Below, in pieces: positions 49,741-55,503 of a stretch of 55,503 nt of DNA; positions within the stretch are counted from its first letter, which is position 1; every line of letters starts with the position of its first letter. A program made the translations under genes and the position numbers. The stretch is from Octopus bimaculoides (taxonomy: Eukaryota), in the NCBI RefSeq assembly GCF_001194135.2, contig NC_068997.1:17404254-17459756 (forward strand). The letters are read 5' to 3'. Below the pieces are notes generated by a model. The model did not search any database. It saw nothing but the letters and a program-made list of their open reading frames with translations, and was not told the DNA's origin.

Positions 49741-51299
49741 TATTTGTAAGAATCACATATTAGTTTTACCGGACACATACCTGTAATTTCTGCACCAGTG
49801 AACTTTCAATTTTTACTCCAGATCACAAATCGGGGTCGTAGATAACCAAGCGTTCAGTTTGACTTCTGCTTTGGAAGTACATGGATTTTTTGCTCTGTCA
49901 GAACCTACATTAATCTTTCTTTCCCTCCGTTCCTCTCTCATTTTCTCTCTGTTCCTTTCTCTGTCTCTCTTTGAATGCATACATATATATATATATATAT
50001 ATGTATGTATACACACATACAGAAAGAGAGTAGAGGAGATATGCATACAACCCCCCTACACACACACAGTGTATGTGTGTTATTATGAACAGAACTAGAC
50101 AGATGTATGCATAGATAGATAGACGGACAGAGAGATATAAGCTTATAAAAAAAAGCCATATACGCGCATATAGGACTTATGTATATACACACAGGTAAGT
50201 GTATGAAACTGCTTACAGAGTTAAGCATTGTCAATTGTCTCGACTGCTAAATATCTTCTTCAGAAAATATATTACGACATTGTCGAGGTCAAATGTTATA
50301 GATTACCTTGGCTATACAACAATATATTAAGTCTTTTGTAAATCTAAGGAGAATGTTCTTTATTCTTGCTAGCTGCGAGATTGATGAAGAACCTGAATAG
50401 CTGTCATTGAAAATGGATCAAGAACAATTATCCAAAGTTATTTCAGAATATAGATGAAGCTTTGAAGAAATGAAGTGGAATTCATCGAGACTAACTTTCT
50501 GAAGACATTTGTTCTAAATCTATCACAATATATAGGTTACTTTGAGTGAATATACTTTAAAATGTTAGCGACAGCTTAATCTTATCAATAAAAATATATA
50601 ATCTATTAACTTGCTTTAAAAATTACTTATTGTTAATTTGTCTTGAAGAAATGAATAGTAAAGCCAAGGAACGTTCTTCGGAGACATGATTTTTATTTAT
50701 TTTCTGCCGAATATTTTTTAGTTTGTGTTGATAGAGTGGTTTAATAATTTAATAATATAATACACGCAGACATATTTAACATATTAGTGTCTGAATACAT
50801 GCACATACATACAATTTTATTCAGACTTTTCCAAACGTTGTGTTGCGAGTATTGCAGGAAAATTTGAAAATAAGATGGTATATGAAGTGTATTCAATGAA
50901 CGCAACTTGTGCATCAGAGTACAATATGTACTCCACACCTCCGTTCGAATAAAGCATATTTTCATGTAAAAACAGATTCAGAGATGGATGTGCGGGAATG
51001 TGAGTAATTTCGGATAGCTCTTTCGTTTCTATGTTCAATAAAATAAAACAGATTTGGATAAATGAAAACCGACGTCCAGAAATAAGGTAATTAGTGGAAT
51101 ACTAGGATTAATGGCATCGACCATTCCCTTTGCTTTTAAAATCTCAAACCGTCAATACTTTAGCATCAATGGAAACTGTGCCAAGGTCTCATAAGTTTGG
51201 ATATTTGCAATATATACCAATATTTGTAAATACGAACAGACACATACACACACGACCACGCACTTATGTACGCACACACACGCATAAACACACACACAG

Positions 51300-51351
<52 letters not shown>

Positions 51352-53563
51352 NNNNNNNNNNNNNNNNNNNNNNNNNNNNNNNNNNNNNNNNNNNNNNNNN
51401 NNNNNNNNNNNNNNNNNNNNNNNNNNNNNNNNNNNNNNNNNNNNNNNNNNNNNNNNNNNNNNNNNNNNNNNNNNNNNNNNNNNNNNNNNNNNNNNNNNNN
51501 NNNNNNNNNNNNNNNNNNNNNNNNNNNNNNNNNNNNNNNNNNNNNNNNNNNNNNNNNNNNNNNNNNNNNNNNNNNNNNNNNNNNNNNNNNNNNNNNNNNN
51601 NNNNNNNNNNNNNNNNNNNNNNNNNNNNNNNNNNNNNNNNNNNNNNNNNNNNNNNNNNNNNNNNNNNNNNNNNNNNNNNNNNNNNNNNNNNNNNNNNNNN
51701 NNNNNNNNNNNNNNNNNNNNNNNNNNNNNNNNNNNNNNNNNNNNNNNNNNNNNNNNNNNNNNNNNNNNNNNNNNNNNNNNNNNNNNNNNNNNNNNNNNNN
51801 NNNNNNNNNNNNNNNNNNNNNNNNNNNNNNNNNNNNNNNNNNNNNNNNNNNNNNNNNNNNNNNNNNNNNNNNNNNNNNNNNNNNNNNNNNNNNNNNNNNN
51901 NNNNNNNNNNNNNNNNNNNNNNNNNNNNNNNNNNNNNNNNNNNNNNNNNNNNNNNNNNNNNNNNNNNNNNNNNNNNNNNNNNNNNNNNNNNNNNNNNNNN
52001 NNNNNNNNNNNNNNNNNNNNNNNNNNNNNNNNNNNNNNNNNNNNNNNNNNNNNNNNNNNNNNNNNNNNNNNNNNNNNNNNNNNNNNNNNNNNNNNNNNNN
52101 NNNATATATATATATATATATATAAATAGAATGAAACAGCACGGCACAATTAGGCGATGTTGCTATGCTGCTACAATAAAACTTGAAATAATACTCTTGA
52201 AGTCTTGAATAACGAATGACGTAGCCCAAGTTATTTATATCACTAGATATAAATTTATAAACCAAGCACAGAACGAGCGAAAATAATTAAAGCAGTATAT
52301 AGAGGAAGCAAATAACCAGATAGAACATACAAATATTCATCAGCTTGGTAAACATTCTGAACAAGCTAAACGGTTTAATGATTTAAAAGAACAAAATAAA
52401 TGTGTATAATAAATAAATAATCGAATACCATCAACATCAACGTAATATGCAAACAAATCTGAAACTAAATGACAAAATGGAAGCTTTTGGACGCAAGATA
52501 TATATTAAGTTGAGGAATGTTTAATAAAGAATTTACGTGAGTAGTATGTAGAGGGGAACGAATCAATAAGAGAAATGTCGGTGCAATCCCAAAGAGCAAT
52601 TAATTGAATTGACATTAAAGTGTGAAGATTTCCTAATAATCCCGAGAGTCTGATAAAATGTATAGCTCTTCAATCTATATTGAGTTTTACAATGTTATGA
52701 TTGTGAAAAATAATAACATGGACGTAATGACTTAATGCATTGTAGTTTGTGTTAACTAAAATCATTTCACATATAAAAAAAAAGAAGATTAAAAAAAACA
52801 GCTTCAACAATATCACTCGTTTTACAGCCGCTACTCGCGTAAGAAACAACAACAAAGAAAAAAAAAACTCAGTTTACAAACATCGAGATTATCGCATTTT
52901 GTAGCAGACCCTCTCATCCACCCCGCCCTACACTTTACATTAGCTTTAGGCTGTTTGTAAAATATTTAGGTGTTTTCGTAAAAGTGTAAACATGTAAACA
53001 TGTTTTACAATTCTGAACATGTAAAAATAACTTATTGCATGAATAGCAAAACTACGCCACCCCACCAAACACCATCACCTCCAATACAAAAAAATAATAA
53101 TAAAATAAAATAAAATAAAATATATAAATAAAGTGGACCTACAAATAACACTGTCAGAAAAATGCAAAGGTCAAATATTGATTAATAGGGAGAAAAAAAT
53201 CTAATCTTGCTTAAAAATAATGCGAATGAAGTAACATGTTTGCATTTAATTTTAGAAAGCATTTCATAATCTCGTTATATACGATGTGTTAGATATATCA
53301 AAATGTTTTATAGGGTATGTGCAAGCTGCGTACTTGTTATTTACATAGATGCACAACCTTTTAACCAAGAAAGAAATATTTACAAGGTTGACTGCTAAAA
53401 ATTACAGCTAAACGGTTGTACAAAAAATAAAATCTATTATGTTTAAATCAATGACATTAAAGTAATAACGTATATTTCTGCTTGTTACTCCGTTAGTAAG
53501 TTAGCACGTACGCCATGCTCCGTTAGGTATCTATACTTAAATAAGCATATTACGTTACTCACC

Positions 53564-53720
53564 GGCATTTCGTCCGTCTCTACGTTCTGAGTTCAATTTC
53601 CATTGAGGCCAATTTTTGCATTTCATCGTTTCGGGGTCGGAAAAATAAATACCAGTTGAGTACAAGGGTCGATGTAACCGACTAACGTTCTCTCCCCGAA
53701 CTCTCTAGCTTTGTGGCAAA
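53564..53720 (+). mobile_element. SINE family A, degenerate
   Basis: ggcatttcgtccgtctctacgttctgagttcaattt..tttcatcgtttcggggtcgg..aataccagttgagtacaagggtcgatgtaaccgact. Confidence 0.8.
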
Positions 53721-54083
53721 TGTAGAAAGCCATATTATTTAGGCGGCAGGGTGGCAGATTCATTATTGCGTCTGCAAAAAATGGTTTCGTAGCATTTCTC
53801 CTGTTCACAAGCTGCCAATTTCGACTTACGCCAGTTCATGAGCAATAACCATTTTATAGTCCTTTAAAGTGACGATTTCATAATTACTAATGAAACACTG
53901 GGTTCCATATATTGCACAAGTCTCCAATCTCAAAATTTCAGGATTTGTGCTGATAGAAGTAAGGATTTTCCTTGTTACTAGAGAAATACTATGTTCTTGG
54001 ATAATCTGGATGTCCAGTGATCTAATATCTTACATTAAGATATCACGAGTGGCCTAAGGCATTTCTGAAACAGAAGAATGTCA

Positions 54084-54301
54084 TTTACTCTTTTACTCTT
54101 TTACTTGTTTCAGTCATTTGACTGTGACCATGCTGGAGCACCGTCTTTAGTCGATCAAATCGACCCCAGGACTTATTCCTTGTAAGCCTAGTACTTATTC
54201 TATCGTTCTCTTTTGCCGAACCGCTAGGTTACTGGGAAGTAAACACTCCAGCATCGTCTGTCAAGCGATGTTGGGGAGACAAACAAAGACACACACACAC
54301 A

Positions 54302-54333
<32 letters not shown>

Positions 54334-54363
54334 TACACATATACGACGGCCTTCTTTCAGTTT
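54084..54363 (-). mobile_element. SINE family B, 3' two-thirds, well conserved
   Basis: tttactcttttacttgtttcagtcatttgactgtgaccatgctggagcaccg..tcgaccccaggacttatt..gccgaaccgctaggttac..(CA)n..atacgacggccttctttcagttt. Confidence 0.92.
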
Positions 54364-54482
54364 CTTATTTCTTTACTACCCACAAGGATGAAAGGCAAAG
54401 TCAACCACGGCAGAATTTGAACTCAGAACGTAGCGGCAGACGAAATACCGCTAAGCATTTCGCCCGGCGTGCTAACGTTTCT
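54364..54482 (-). mobile_element. SINE family A with an internal deletion
   Basis: The tail ttatttctttactacccacaagg is fused directly to atgaaaggcaaagtc...gtgctaacgtttct. Confidence 0.85.
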
Positions 54483-54484
54483 CA

Positions 54485-54715
54485 TTTCTTTATTGCCCAC
54501 AAGGGGCTAAACATAGAGGGGACAAACAAGAACAGACAAAGGGATTAAGTCAATTACATCGACCCCAGTGCATAACTGGCACTTAATTTATCAACTCCGA
54601 AAGGATGAAAGGCAAAGTCGACCTCGGCGGAATTTGAACTCAGAACGTTCAGACGCACTAAATACCGCTAAGCATTACGCCAGGCGTGCTAACATCTCTG
54701 CCAGCTCGCCGCCTT
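54485..54715 (-). mobile_element. Full-length SINE family A
   Basis: Complete body from tttctttattgcccacaagggg to ctgccagctcgccgcctt. Confidence 0.93.
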
Positions 54716-55059
54716 GAAACAAGTAAATACTGCAGTAAAGGAGAACTTATGTAATACACAAACAGAAGTTGCATCTCCAACAAAACGCTTCTCAACACAT
54801 TTCGGGAAATACCGGGTACACAACCCTGTGGGGTCAGACCGGTAAGAAACAGTTCAAAATATCATTATGATTTTTATAATTAAACTGATTATCATGATAA
54901 TGATGGCGTTGTTGTTGTTGTGGTTGTGGATGCTATTGTTGTTGCTGTAGATGTTCCTGTTGTTGTTGTTGTTGTTGTCGTTCTTCTTGAATTTGTGGCC
55001 GTTATTTTCGTTGTAATTGATGGTTGTGTTTATTACAACGACGAATATGATGGACACCA

Positions 55060-55270
55060 TCTATATTATTTTAGTCGCTGAACTGCGACCCTGCTGGAGC
55101 ACCGGTTCTTAGGGTTTTTAGTAAAAAAAAAGCTTGACCCCACTACGTATTCATTTCTTAAGTCCGATACTTAATTCTATGTTGTGCGAAACGATGATGT
55201 TATGGAGACGTAAACAAACCAACATCAGTTTAGCGAACGTTGGTGGCGGACAAATATAGCACACGCACAC
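55060..55270 (-). mobile_element. SINE family B 3' half, degenerate
   Basis: ttattttagtcgctgaactgcgaccctgctggagcaccg..ttgaccccactacgtatt..gttatggagacgtaaacaaaccaacatc. Confidence 0.75.
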
Positions 55271-55315
55271 ATACAAACACGCATGAAATCAGCCTCGTTC
55301 TGATACATTTAATCA

Positions 55316-55503
55316 GGAGGGGAGGAGAAAAAGAAGTAAAAGGAGAAGAAGAAGAGGAGGAAGGGAGAAGAAGAAGAGAACAGAAGGAGGGGGAGTAAGG
55401 GAGAGGAGGAGCGGAGGAGAAGAAGAAGAGAAGGAGGAGGGGGAAAGGAGGGGGAGGTGGGGGACGAGAAAAGGATAGGAGGAGGGGAGAAGAATAAGAA
55501 GAG
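55316..55503. repeat. Polypurine (GGA/GAA) tract
   Basis: About 190 nt that is almost exclusively A/G on the + strand. Confidence 0.92.

Noticed and set aside
618-52265. Dozens of long ORFs in the six-frame track containing X runs or YI/HT/CV/LSIY repeats
   Set aside because: They are artefacts of N gaps and of stop-free di- and tetranucleotide microsatellites.
53995-54075. Strong minus-strand acceptor/donor pair (ttctgtttcag|...|gtaaga)
   Set aside because: All three frames of the 31-nt interval contain stops; at most a non-coding exon.

Overview
AT-rich, repeat-dense animal DNA. The three tRNA-derived SINE families and the extreme di-, tri- and tetranucleotide microsatellite load point to an octopod cephalopod (Octopus-like); this is recognition from memory, not a database result. 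About 8.3 kb (about 15%) is N, in 20 gaps, almost all flanked by (AT)n/(CA)n arrays, as expected for a short-read assembly. I cannot identify a host protein-coding gene with confidence. Nearly all long ORFs in the track are artefacts of N runs or simple repeats, so the window reads as intronic or intergenic, with a few weak exon candidates. Well-supported content: many SINE copies (two with TSDs), a decayed Tc1 element with TIRs, a 232-bp internally deleted mariner, a decayed DD37D/maT transposon, a 140-bp hAT-type MITE with a perfect 8-bp TSD, two RTE-like LINE relics and a Penelope-like GIY-YIG fragment. The most interesting signals are hammerhead-ribozyme-like motifs. One is a minimal variant at about 11.7 kb. 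A tandem pair at about 30.3-30.5 kb has an extra hairpin inserted in each catalytic core and lies downstream of a TATA-containing pLTR-like segment next to the Penelope fragment. No CRISPR array, rRNA or true tRNA gene is supported.
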